DNA of 64,000 nucleotides from Chitinophagales bacterium (GCA_013816805.1 JACDDS010000003.1:8582-72581), one strand, 5' to 3'; shown: positions 35,918 to 45,618, numbered from the stretch's first letter. The notes: generated from the letters alone by a model not told the origin. A program made the numbers and translations.

Positions 35918-36470
35918 AACAATTAATATATACGGTTTGAAGCTTTTTTCACTTTTATTCATAGGAATGTTGTTAGCAGGTTGCCAGCCAAAAGCAATTA
36001 TTACTACAATAGATAATCCTATGGATGGATTTTCAGAAGATGTTGACTCGGTAAGGGGAGCTAATACAGTGCAGGATCTTGCCTGTTATCTCTTTCTTGC
36101 ATTGCAACAGAAAATCTCTTACGGCAATTTAACACGTTTCATCCCTGACTCATCGGATATTGGAAAAATCTACCAACTCACCAATTCACCTGTAGGTAAT
36201 GCAAACCTGAAAACGAATGCTGACAGCGTTCGGCATCAACTTCAAAAAGATCTGTTGAATACAGAAAGTGAATCATCTAGCCTGCATGCTACCTGGACAG
36301 ATGCGACTTTTACCAAACTACTGATCCAGGAAATTGAAGATCAAAAACTGCCGAGTAAAAAAATTATGATGCAATGCAAGTCAAATGGCATTACACTACT
36401 GGCAAGTTGTAAATGCCTGAAAATAGGTGACAAATGGTATATCGGGGAGGATCTGAAATTCGGTGTCTAA
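35883..36470 (+). CDS. hypothetical lipoprotein
   Basis: Lipobox FIGMLLAGC. The candidate start codons that leave a normal-length signal peptide (35883, 35889, 35898) all overlap the EF-G paralog's 3' end. Confidence 0.5.
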   Translation: MNMRSMQKTNIETINIYGLKLFSLLFIGMLLAGCQPKAIITTIDNPMDGFSEDVDSVRGANTVQDLACYLFLALQQKISYGNLTRFIPDSSDIGKIYQLTNSPVGNANLKTNADSVRHQLQKDLLNTESESSSLHATWTDATFTKLLIQEIEDQKLPSKKIMMQCKSNGITLLASCKCLKIGDKWYIGEDLKFGV

Positions 36471-36487
36471 CTACTTTACTATATAAT

Positions 36488-37831
36488 TTAAAAATGCAGG
36501 TATACAGCACTTCCCTGTTTTTCTGCCGACTGTATATGTAGATTTCCCCGGTGCAAAAGCATAATCTGCTTGCAAAGGCTTAACCCTATGCCGCTTCCGT
36601 TTTTTTTAGTACTGAAAAAAGGGACAAAAATTTTATCCATCAGTTCTGTGGGAATCCCAATACCATTGTCGGCTACTTTAATCACCACCTTTTTGTTCCC
36701 TTCTGAATACGCTGAAATCATAATACGGGGGTCTTCATTTTCCTTTACAGCTTCAATAGCATTAACCACCAGGTTAATCATTACCTGATCTATAAGGCTG
36801 GAATCGGCTTCCAGTAAAAGATCAGTATCCTTTAAAATAATATCAAGGGATATATTCTTTTGTTCCAGGGTGGGTTGCATTAACTGCTGAAGATTCTCAA
36901 AAAGATCCCGCACATAAACCCTTTTAAGAACCGGTGTGGTAATTTTATTCAGATTGCGGTAAATTTCTGCAAATTTTAATAGTCCCTCACTTCTTCTCCT
37001 GATGGTATCAATACCAACTTCCAGGTCTTCCAGAGCTGTATTTTCATTATTCTGTTTACCAGCAAATTGATGAAGCCGGTTCTTAAGCGTATCTGCCAGT
37101 GAAGAAATAGGCGCCACGGAATTCATGATTTCGTGAGTCATTACGCTCAATAATTTCTGCCATGCTTTTCCCTCTGTTTCATCCAGTGCCTCATTCACAT
37201 TTTGGAAAGCAATCAGCTTATAAAGCTTTTCATCAGTTTGAAAAGCAGTAGCAGACAGCAAGACTTTGAAAGGATTTCCGTCTTTTACCACGGTAACTAA
37301 TTTGCTTTGTCCTGGCCGTAATGAAATCAGGGTATCAAAGAGATTTTGATTTCTTTTCTGTAATGAGTACAGGTTTTTTAAATACGGGATACCAAGCATT
37401 TTTTTTAATGATTCATTCATCCACATGATCTCTTTGAGATTCGTTTCATATGATAGAATTCCGGTGTCTACAAGCTCAAGGATCTTCTGCAGATACTGGT
37501 ATTGGGTCTCCTTTTCTTTACTGATGATCTTGAATGTGGTATTAATGTCGTTAAACCCTTTACGAATTGGCTTGAGATCGGAAGGAGCTTTTTTTACATC
37601 AAAGTGCCTCGAGAAATCACGGTAATGAATGGATTCTGCAAATTGCTCCACTTCATCCTGAGCCTTTCTATTAAAGCGGTAAAACTCCACCAGCTGATAA
37701 ATAATTATTACGCCTGGAATAGCTAAGTAAGTATACAGGTGGCTGACTAAGAAATAGGCCCCAGAGCATAAGGTGATAAAGAGTAACATAACCCTTAGCA
37801 CCATTCTCCATTCGTACCTGTTAAATATCAT
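36488..37831 (-). CDS. membrane sensor histidine kinase (partner of the sigma-54-dependent regulator)
   Basis: Two adjacent N-terminal TM helices. H-box SVMTHEIMNSVAPI. HATPase motifs NLVVNAIEA and GSGIGLSL. It overlaps the regulator gene by 11 nt. Confidence 0.85.
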   Translation of the reverse strand: MIFNRYEWRMVLRVMLLFITLCSGAYFLVSHLYTYLAIPGVIIIYQLVEFYRFNRKAQDEVEQFAESIHYRDFSRHFDVKKAPSDLKPIRKGFNDINTTFKIISKEKETQYQYLQKILELVDTGILSYETNLKEIMWMNESLKKMLGIPYLKNLYSLQKRNQNLFDTLISLRPGQSKLVTVVKDGNPFKVLLSATAFQTDEKLYKLIAFQNVNEALDETEGKAWQKLLSVMTHEIMNSVAPISSLADTLKNRLHQFAGKQNNENTALEDLEVGIDTIRRRSEGLLKFAEIYRNLNKITTPVLKRVYVRDLFENLQQLMQPTLEQKNISLDIILKDTDLLLEADSSLIDQVMINLVVNAIEAVKENEDPRIMISAYSEGNKKVVIKVADNGIGIPTELMDKIFVPFFSTKKNGSGIGLSLCKQIMLLHRGNLHIQSAEKQGSAVYLHF

Positions 37832-39179
37832 ACTTGGTGAGTCGCCGGTAAAGCGCAGTTCGTGTAAGCCCTAATTCTTTTGCCGCCTTGGTAATATTTC
37901 CATTGTGCTTTTCAATTACCCGGAGGATGGTATTCTTCTCAATGGCACTTAGTTTAAATTCCTGGGGTTCATCACGTAAGGAAGCAGCTGACTCAAGAGG
38001 TGAAAAAAGCAGATCAGCAGAACGTAAGATATCTCCATCGGACATTATTACGGCACGTTCAATAGAATATTGCAATTCCCGTACATTACCCGGAAAGGAA
38101 TAATTACGTAGTTTTTCCATTGCCTGTTCGCTTAATTGTAGATCAGGCTTTAGATATTTTGAAGAATAGGTGGTTACAAAATGTTTTGCCAGCAGGATAA
38201 TATCATTCCCCCTTTTTCGAAGGGGAGGAACTGTAATCTCAACCGTATTGATACGGTAAATCAAATCTTTACGGAATCGCAATTCGTTGGCGAGCTCACT
38301 TAATGGAACATTGGTAGCACAGATCAACCGTATATCTATTGCAACCGGTTGGTTAGTTCCCAACCTTGTGATCTGCCTGCTTTGTATTACACTCAGCAGC
38401 TTGGATTGTTGCTGCAATGAAATGTTCCCGATCTCATCAAGAAAAACAGTCCCCCCGTTCGCTGCTTCAAACCTTCCTTCGCGATCTTCCCGCGCATCCG
38501 TAAACGCACCCCTTTTATGACCGAAAAGCTCGCTTTCAAATAATGTTTCAGTTAGGGCTCCTACATCTACTTTTACAAAAGGGGTCTTGCTGCGTAAGGA
38601 TTGTTGATGAATGGCTTTGGCGATCAGATCTTTACCAGTACCGTTTTCTCCCAGTATCAGAATATTAGCATCTGTAGGAGCAATCTTTTCAATCTTGAAA
38701 AAAATATCCTGCATTGCCTCCGACTCACCAATTAGCTCAACGCCAATAATGGAATTTTTTACTTCATCAGGGCCTGAAGTTTTTTTTGTTCCGTAATGCT
38801 TCAGTGCATCTTTAAGCGTGTTTATTAATTTTTCGTTATGCCAGGGCTTCATTATAAAATCAGCGGCTCCTTCTTTTAAAGACCTTACAGCAAGATCAAT
38901 ATCGCCATATGCAGTAATCATAATTACCGCAGCAGCCGAGCCAGCCTCACGGATTTTTTTAAGCCAGAAAAGCCCTTCATTCCCGGTGTTAATGCTGCTG
39001 TTAAAATTCATATCCAGCAGAATAATGTCAAACTTCTGTTTAGCTAACAGCGACCTTAAATTTTCAGGATTTTTTTCAGTGACTACTTCCTTTGCCTCCG
39101 TCTTTAATAACAGGCGAACCGCCGTGAGCACATCAGGGTCATCATCAATAATAAGAATAGACGTATTCTTTAAAACCAT
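37821..39179 (-). CDS. sigma-54-dependent response regulator (NtrC family: receiver + AAA+ + Fis-type HTH)
   Basis: Receiver ILIIDDD...LLDMNF. Walker A GENGTGKD. GAFTDA (sigma-54 contact loop) and ESELFGH. C-terminal HTH NITKAAKELGLTRTALYRR. Confidence 0.92.
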   Translation of the reverse strand: MVLKNTSILIIDDDPDVLTAVRLLLKTEAKEVVTEKNPENLRSLLAKQKFDIILLDMNFNSSINTGNEGLFWLKKIREAGSAAAVIMITAYGDIDLAVRSLKEGAADFIMKPWHNEKLINTLKDALKHYGTKKTSGPDEVKNSIIGVELIGESEAMQDIFFKIEKIAPTDANILILGENGTGKDLIAKAIHQQSLRSKTPFVKVDVGALTETLFESELFGHKRGAFTDAREDREGRFEAANGGTVFLDEIGNISLQQQSKLLSVIQSRQITRLGTNQPVAIDIRLICATNVPLSELANELRFRKDLIYRINTVEITVPPLRKRGNDIILLAKHFVTTYSSKYLKPDLQLSEQAMEKLRNYSFPGNVRELQYSIERAVIMSDGDILRSADLLFSPLESAASLRDEPQEFKLSAIEKNTILRVIEKHNGNITKAAKELGLTRTALYRRLTKYDI

Positions 39180-39358
39180 TGAAAATTATTAATTCGCCCA
39201 AAGATTGAGAAACGTAATTATCAATGCAAGATTTTATTCCCATAATCTTACACTTATATTTTAGGAAACATTATAAATAATTGGAACAAGTGAAAGAATA
39301 GTGAAATAATTACGAATGATATGCTTGCATCGTAAGATTGAAAACCATTTAGGTGAAT

Positions 39359-42300
39359 TTATTTTTGATAGATTAATTGTGCAGAATAGACTCCGGCATT
39401 CAATATAATTTTTACCATATAAATTCCGGGGGGTAATCCGGGATTAAATGAAAATTCCTTCCTGATTGTGAAGACCCCATTGGTTCCTACATCTTCATCA
39501 GCCATAATTTTTTCTTTATGAATGGTTTCACCTATTTCATTAAATATCTCTAACATTCCCGGTTCATTTTCTTTCCCTGTAAAAATTAAATCAATGGTAA
39601 AGCTGCCGTGAGTAGGATTTGGGAACAGATTAAAATGATCCGGCTCATTATTGCCCGTGAAGTTTTCCTTGCATGTCTGCGTTACCTTTGTTCCAGCCGA
39701 AGTTTTACTGCAGCCATTATAAGTAACAATCACTTTATAAGTTGCTGCTTTGGTAGCCGTATAGTTTTGATTGGTTGCGCCCGTAATATTATTGCTGCCT
39801 TTTTGCCACTGGTAAGTAAAGCCCGTTCCGCTGTTAGCCTGTAAAGTAACCGAACCGCTTTGACAGATATTCAGGTTGCCTAAAGGAGTTATGGTAGCTG
39901 TTGGAGTAGTGGTTATATTAAGAGTAGTAGTAAGCGATGTGGCATTGCAGCTAAAAGTGTTTGTTTCTTTAACCTGGTATCCGGCCGCTGTTTTTGCAGA
40001 ATATGTTTGACTTGTGGCACCGGAAATATTTTTACTATTCTTCAGCCATTGATAGGATATCCCGGAGCCACTGTTTGCGGTTAATATTAAAGAAGTCCCG
40101 GAACATATATTGACAGTTCCACCCGGATTTATACTTGCCTGGATCGCATTTTCATCTACTACCTGGTTGCAGTTATCATCGATGGAATTGCAGATATCAA
40201 TTGCTCCGGGATTGATAGCCGCATTACCATCATTGCAATCCGTGCTGTTACTTGTATACCCCGCGGGAGGTGAACAGGCCTGGGACACAACATTTAAATT
40301 TCCATAGCCGTCATTATCCGCATCGGCATAAAAATTTGTTTTAACGCCCTCGTCAACAGATCCATTGCAATTGTCATCAATATTATTGCACGTTTCAATT
40401 GCGCCCGGATTTACAGATGCATTTTCATCGTTGCAGTCTGTACTGTTTGAAACATAACCATTGGGCAAAGTGCAAGCCTGGATCGAAGCAAGCAGATTTC
40501 CATAGCTGTCTCGGTCGGTATCAGCGTAGTATGTGATTTTCACACCCTCATCGACAGAACCATCGCAGTTATCATCTAATCCATTGCAAGTTTCCTGGGC
40601 ATTGGGGTGAATGGATGCGTTCGCATCATTACAATCTGTATTATTAATAATATAGCCATTAGGAGCCGTACAGGATTGAGTGATAGCAGATGGATTTCCA
40701 TAATTATCATGATCGGCATCTGCATAATAACTCGTTTTTACTCCTTCGTCTACTGAACCATTACAATTGTCATCTATTCCATTGCAAAGTTCCGCAGTAC
40801 CCGGGTTAATACTACCATTGTTATCATTACAATCAGAATTATTTGATGAATATCCCAATGGGGGAGTACAACCTGTTAACTGCATTCCTCCATTGATATT
40901 TCCGTAATCGTCACTATCAGAATCAAGATAAAACATTGATTGCACATCTTCGTCTATTTGTGAATCACAATCATCATCTATACCATTACATATTTCAGCT
41001 GAACCCGGTTGATGGTTGTAGGGGATATCAATAATTAATATACTATTGGGGGGTACGCTAATGTTAGTCAATTTTACCTGTGAATGAGAAACATTTTCAT
41101 TCATTTGACTTAAGGTAGCAAGAACTCCGCCTGTAGCAGTATCAGCTACCGAAGTCTCCAGGTAATCGAAATGAGAGGTGTCTGCATATGAGCTGGAGTC
41201 AAGCGTAAGACTTTCTATAGAATAAGGAATGCCTGAATAATTAATAATAAAAAGTTTTTGTTCCATGCAGTTAAATAAAAAATAAGCCTCGAAGTTTTGT
41301 GATACGCCGCTGATAGTTGCCCGTTTAAATTTATGGCCGCTTACATCATTAATCTGCCGGAACGCATAATTCGCTGTGCTTACAGTATTCCACCAAAGAG
41401 AGTCAGGGGTAAGGTCAAGAGGATTATATTCATTGTTAGAACCTAAACGGTAAAAAAACGCACCCTTATAAGTAATTCCATTTGCAAGTGAAGGGTTGTA
41501 CCTCATGTTATAATTATTATCAAACATGTTGAATACTCTTTTAAGAATAAATACCTGGTTGAGAAAAGTATTGGCATAATCATGACTTTCACATATCATC
41601 TTAAACTTTTTAATGCCCCACTGATTCAGCAACAGCTCATCAAAGCCGGTCGTGGCATCGCCAATGTTACCCACAGGATATTTATAGCACTTTGGATGTC
41701 CTGTGGCTGAAAGCCCTGTTTCAAAGAAATTATTCATGTCGTTAATGGCGATTGAAGGTGATGGGACCGAAGCACTATTTGAAATAGGGAACCACCACCA
41801 ATTGACAGCGCCTGAAAACCGCAAGTGAGGGTAATGTGTTTTATTGTACGCTGAAATGGCGTTATGTACCTGCACGTTCCATCTTGATTTATTTCCGAGA
41901 GAATCATCACATTCATAGGTACGATCTTCACAATCACCCTGAGCGCCGTGTTGAATTGCAGTTGAGAAAAATAATGGTATGGTGCTATAGACCGGATTTG
42001 CTTTAAGTGAATCCAGGAAATAATGCTTTACTGCGTTAAAGTAACTTTGTCCGGAAGGAAAGGGTAACGTATCGCCGGTAGGGGTTATATAGCTTGGCGT
42101 TTTATTTTGTGAATGCTCAATCTCAGTTCCAAAAACAATTGCATCTACAATGATTCCATTAGCCGCACAATAGTCAAACATCCGGCGCAGATCTGCATAG
42201 GATCCAAAGAATACATCTGCCGAAATAACAAGGTGCATGGATTTAGCAGGGTCCTGATCATTCCTGCACAATTGCGTATTCTGCTCGAAGATATTTGCAT

Positions 42301-42820
42301 AGTTGTAAGCTGTTTCTCCACAATATCGCCTTCCCGGATCAGGGTCATCGTTACCATTATTGTAGGACCATGCATTTAAAACATCGGCCTCGTTTGATTT
42401 TATACAATATCCTTTACCGCCTGGTACATAATGATAATAACGGAACGTAGTGCCATCTGGATAATACATACACCGGAATTTTAAGGCAGCTATATCCTCC
42501 TTAAGATTTGGAGGCAACCCGGTTCTCCATTGCCCTACGCAGCTTACCGTTCCCGGGCACAATAAGGTATCAAGGTTCGCACATGGATTTCCTGAATTGG
42601 CTTTCTCACATTTTGAACAGGGAGGCGGAGGTGATAGAAATTCAGGGTAAAGAGGAGGTCCTGCTCCAAGCAGCAGGTCATCCACTACATAGAATTTATC
42701 CGTGGAGATAGAAATGTTTACCTGACCGTATATTGAATAAGTAATCAGAACCATCATGCAGGTAAAAACTGTTTCAGGAATTGAGTGCTTGAATTGAGTT
42801 ACCATGTGTTTAATCTTCAT
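39359..42820 (-). CDS. 1153-aa multidomain T9SS cargo: GH51-like (beta/alpha)8-type N-domain, MopE-type Cys-rich repeats, two Ig-like domains, T9SS CTD
   Basis: aa ~40-600 are paralogous to the protein at 62215..63684. CNGIDD(D/N)C motifs sit at aa 611, 679, 745, 811 and 877. Two SG..(Y/F)(T/S)YQW.K....I.GAT.Q.Y modules follow. The C-terminus LFPNPTHGSFTIDL...GIYMVKI...LIYQK is a T9SS CTD. Confidence 0.8.
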   Translation of the reverse strand: MKIKHMVTQFKHSIPETVFTCMMVLITYSIYGQVNISISTDKFYVVDDLLLGAGPPLYPEFLSPPPPCSKCEKANSGNPCANLDTLLCPGTVSCVGQWRTGLPPNLKEDIAALKFRCMYYPDGTTFRYYHYVPGGKGYCIKSNEADVLNAWSYNNGNDDPDPGRRYCGETAYNYANIFEQNTQLCRNDQDPAKSMHLVISADVFFGSYADLRRMFDYCAANGIIVDAIVFGTEIEHSQNKTPSYITPTGDTLPFPSGQSYFNAVKHYFLDSLKANPVYSTIPLFFSTAIQHGAQGDCEDRTYECDDSLGNKSRWNVQVHNAISAYNKTHYPHLRFSGAVNWWWFPISNSASVPSPSIAINDMNNFFETGLSATGHPKCYKYPVGNIGDATTGFDELLLNQWGIKKFKMICESHDYANTFLNQVFILKRVFNMFDNNYNMRYNPSLANGITYKGAFFYRLGSNNEYNPLDLTPDSLWWNTVSTANYAFRQINDVSGHKFKRATISGVSQNFEAYFLFNCMEQKLFIINYSGIPYSIESLTLDSSSYADTSHFDYLETSVADTATGGVLATLSQMNENVSHSQVKLTNISVPPNSILIIDIPYNHQPGSAEICNGIDDDCDSQIDEDVQSMFYLDSDSDDYGNINGGMQLTGCTPPLGYSSNNSDCNDNNGSINPGTAELCNGIDDNCNGSVDEGVKTSYYADADHDNYGNPSAITQSCTAPNGYIINNTDCNDANASIHPNAQETCNGLDDNCDGSVDEGVKITYYADTDRDSYGNLLASIQACTLPNGYVSNSTDCNDENASVNPGAIETCNNIDDNCNGSVDEGVKTNFYADADNDGYGNLNVVSQACSPPAGYTSNSTDCNDGNAAINPGAIDICNSIDDNCNQVVDENAIQASINPGGTVNICSGTSLILTANSGSGISYQWLKNSKNISGATSQTYSAKTAAGYQVKETNTFSCNATSLTTTLNITTTPTATITPLGNLNICQSGSVTLQANSGTGFTYQWQKGSNNITGATNQNYTATKAATYKVIVTYNGCSKTSAGTKVTQTCKENFTGNNEPDHFNLFPNPTHGSFTIDLIFTGKENEPGMLEIFNEIGETIHKEKIMADEDVGTNGVFTIRKEFSFNPGLPPGIYMVKIILNAGVYSAQLIYQK
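40148..40999 (-). repeat. 4.5 tandem ~66-aa Cys/Asp-rich 'putative metal-binding (MopE-type)' repeats, coding
   Basis: The unit C-N-G-I-D-D-N-C-(N/D)-G-S-V-D-E-G-V...YAD(A/T)D.D.YGN...C...GY..N..DCND.N..I(N/H)P recurs with a period of 66-68 aa. Confidence 0.8.
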
Positions 42821-43093
42821 ATAATTATAATTAAAACAAGTTACATATAAATCCGTAATGTCGGTTACAGATCACAGGATAAGGTAAACCGTAAAATCAG
42901 CGGAAGGTAATTTGCCAGTTAAAGTGAACAGAAACTAAAAATGATCTGACCGGATATTTTAAGGTTTTTTTCATATAATTAAATTTATAGTATACCGAAG
43001 ATATAAATATGTATAATAAAAATATATTTAAAGACATCAATTCTTACCAATAGAAATCAAAAAACAATCATTTCGAATCTGAAGAAGAGGAAA

Positions 43094-43131
43094 TAAAAAA
43101 GGGGATCACCAGTTTGATGATCCCCTTTGTT
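43094..43131 (-). terminator. rho-independent (bidirectional-looking) terminator after the thioredoxin-like genes
   Basis: 9-bp stem (aggggatca 43100-43108 pairs with tgatcccct 43118-43126). An A-run lies before it and a T-run after it. Confidence 0.75.
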
Positions 43132-43144
43132 TCAAATGAGGTTA

Positions 43145-43756
43145 TTAGCTTTTCCACTTAATTCCACAACCAATAGCTTTGGTTTGTGTTACCGGAACCT
43201 GCTTACCGCCGAGCAGTGCATTAACAGCATCTTCAACATAGTGATGTTGTACCAATGAGGGATCTTCCGTGTTATCATCTATGGCGCCTATGTAAGATAC
43301 CTGGAGCCCCTTATCTGTTTTATTAAGAACAAATACATGGGGTGTTCGCTGTGCACCATATTCCTTAGCAACAGATTGTGACTCATCTAATAGATATGGA
43401 AACGTGTATCCTTTAGATTTTGCAACCGCCATCATATTATCATATGAATCTTCAGGCTCTACTTTAGGATCATTCGGATTGATTGCAATTACAGGGAATC
43501 CTTTAGATGCATACATGGAGTTTAATGCCATTACCCGGGATTCATATGCTTTAGCATACGGACAGTGGTTGCATGTAAAAATTACAATAAAGCCTTTTGC
43601 ATCTTTATAATCAGCAAGTGAAATCATTTTACCATCAATGTTTTTCAGCTTGAAATCATCTGCTTTATCGCCCACCTTATAACCGGGAGTGCTTGCCGAA
43701 GTCATAACGGTAATAAGAATGATAATTATTCCTAAAAATTTAATGGATTGTTTCAT
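43145..43756 (-). CDS. secreted thioredoxin-fold protein (AhpC/TSA-like redoxin, CxxC = CNHC)
   Basis: Signal peptide. FIVIFTCNHCPYAKAYE. Redoxin-like length of 203 aa. Confidence 0.75.
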   Translation of the reverse strand: MKQSIKFLGIIIILITVMTSASTPGYKVGDKADDFKLKNIDGKMISLADYKDAKGFIVIFTCNHCPYAKAYESRVMALNSMYASKGFPVIAINPNDPKVEPEDSYDNMMAVAKSKGYTFPYLLDESQSVAKEYGAQRTPHVFVLNKTDKGLQVSYIGAIDDNTEDPSLVQHHYVEDAVNALLGGKQVPVTQTKAIGCGIKWKS

Positions 43757-43780
43757 GTGGTTACATTGTTTTAAGTAAAA

Positions 43781-44266
43781 TTAATTTGAAATATTGGTAT
43801 CAATAAAAAATTTCAGTTCCTCTAAACTGTTAAATGCTTCATAATGTTGCATACGCTTATTATGCGGGCTAATCGCAATAGTATATGGAATTGCGCCACC
43901 CCAGTTTTTATCGAGCAGATCAATCCATCCACCATTTTTTTCATTTAGCTGAATCAACATGCCTGTCAATCCTAACTGAGTTATTACATCTTTTACCTTT
44001 TGTGTTTGAGACAAAAAATCCAGTGAAACAAAAATGAATTGAATTTTTTGATCCTGTTTTTCCTTTTGCACTGTAACAAAATACGGGAGCTCGCCAACAC
44101 AGGGTTTACACCATGTTGCCCAAAAATTTACTATACGTAATGTGTCATCAGGTCTGGTAAGTACTGCATCTAGTTCTTTGAAGTCCATTACCTTAAGCGG
44201 CTGTGCATGTACTATGGCAGCTTCCAAAAAAATAACCAGCAATATTATAAACCGTTTAACAGGCAT
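43781..44266 (-). CDS. TlpA-family thiol-disulfide oxidoreductase (secreted)
   Basis: Signal peptide. NFWATWCKPCVGELPYF (WCxxC motif). Confidence 0.8.
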   Translation of the reverse strand: MPVKRFIILLVIFLEAAIVHAQPLKVMDFKELDAVLTRPDDTLRIVNFWATWCKPCVGELPYFVTVQKEKQDQKIQFIFVSLDFLSQTQKVKDVITQLGLTGMLIQLNEKNGGWIDLLDKNWGGAIPYTIAISPHNKRMQHYEAFNSLEELKFFIDTNISN

Positions 44267-44598
44267 AACTTCTCTTGATGCAGTTGGCGAAATTCCGAAA
44301 GTTTTGTGAATAAAATTTATATGATGTCAAAGTATTCGACGTAATGAATGTATTGCAATAAAAAACTATGCCATTAACCTGAAGGTTCTCCCGATATTTC
44401 CAATCAGTCTAACTGCCCATCTCGAATACTCAATACATGAGCAGCTGATTTAATAATGCCAGTGCTTACTTATCAATTTTATATTGCTTAGAATTGAATC
44501 TATTTTTTTAGTTGATTTAAGATGTATTGCCTTGCTTATAGTTTTAGTAAATTTTCTATAATCAGGTTCTATTGTAAACTAACTATAACAGTCTATCA

Positions 44599-45570
44599 AT
44601 GAATTGGCTTTGGAAACAGATTATAAGTAAAACAGTTCTTCGCAATAAAAATTCAGATCATAATGTTCACCATTCCAATATTCAACTTGCGCGTGGGTTG
44701 CATAAATTAAGGGAAACCTCTGTGCGGCTTTTAAAAGATGCCTTATTAATAATTGCCGGGATATTTTCCGCTGCTTTTGGCTTTAAAGGATTTTTACTGA
44801 CAAACCATTTTATTGATGGAGGAGCAACGGGAGTGTCATTGTTGATTTCCGCATTAACTGCCGTACCTCTTTACATTCTTATTATTTCGATAAACATACC
44901 ATTCATATTTCTTGGCTATAAGAGTATTGGTAAAGCTTTTGCAATTAAAACTACGCTGGCTATTTCAGGGCTTGCATTGTGCCTTGCGACCGTCCACTTT
45001 CCTGATGTTACCAAAGACAATCTGCTGGTAGCCGTATTCGGTGGTTTCTTTCTTGGAGCAGGAATAGGCCTTACAGTAAGAGGAGGTGCAGTGATAGACG
45101 GAACAGAAGTGCTTGCTATTTATTTAAGTAAAAAACTAGGGACTACTATTGGTGATATCATCATACTAATTAACGTATTTATTTTTATGGCTGCCGCCTA
45201 TTTTCTATCTGTTGAAATAGCGCTTTATTCTATGATAACTTATCTGTCGGCTTCCAGAACATTAGATTTTATTACTGAAGGCATAGAAGAATACACGGGA
45301 GTTACTATTATTTCACCTAAAGCGGAGCAGATGAGAAGAATGATTATAGAAAAGCTAGGCAGGGGTGTAACTATTTACAGCGGAAAGCGTGGCTTTGGTA
45401 AAACAGGTGAAGCCACCGGAATAGACATTGTTTATACTGTGGTTACACGCCTGGAATTAAACAGATTAAATGCAGAAATTAAGTCCATTGATGCAAATGC
45501 TTTCGTGGTTATGAGCAGCGTGCGGGATACAAAAGGAGGAATGATTAAAAAAAGGTCGTTTACACATTGA
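44599..45570 (+). CDS. YitT-family membrane protein (DUF2179 C-terminal domain)
   Basis: Several TM segments with a FIDGGATGVSLL motif. The C-terminal soluble domain contains VTIYSGKRGF...VVTRLE, as in YitT/DUF2179. Confidence 0.7.
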   Translation: MNWLWKQIISKTVLRNKNSDHNVHHSNIQLARGLHKLRETSVRLLKDALLIIAGIFSAAFGFKGFLLTNHFIDGGATGVSLLISALTAVPLYILIISINIPFIFLGYKSIGKAFAIKTTLAISGLALCLATVHFPDVTKDNLLVAVFGGFFLGAGIGLTVRGGAVIDGTEVLAIYLSKKLGTTIGDIIILINVFIFMAAAYFLSVEIALYSMITYLSASRTLDFITEGIEEYTGVTIISPKAEQMRRMIIEKLGRGVTIYSGKRGFGKTGEATGIDIVYTVVTRLELNRLNAEIKSIDANAFVVMSSVRDTKGGMIKKRSFTH

Positions 45571-45618
45571 GGTATGTTGTTTTTTAAATTAACAACTATA
45601 AATTATAGAGCATCTTGC

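Noticed and set aside
39222-39243. Minus-strand GGGAATAAAATCTTGCAT upstream of the sigma-54-dependent regulator gene, considered as a -24/-12 promoter.
   Set aside because: The GG-to-GC spacing is 11-12 nt rather than the required 10, and the -24 element lacks CAC.
43145-44266. A tandem pair of secreted thioredoxin-fold proteins, considered as part of a novel redox system.
   Set aside because: Both are ordinary TlpA/redoxin-type periplasmic reductases. No CcdA/DsbD partner or unusual neighbour lies in the window, and this arrangement is common.
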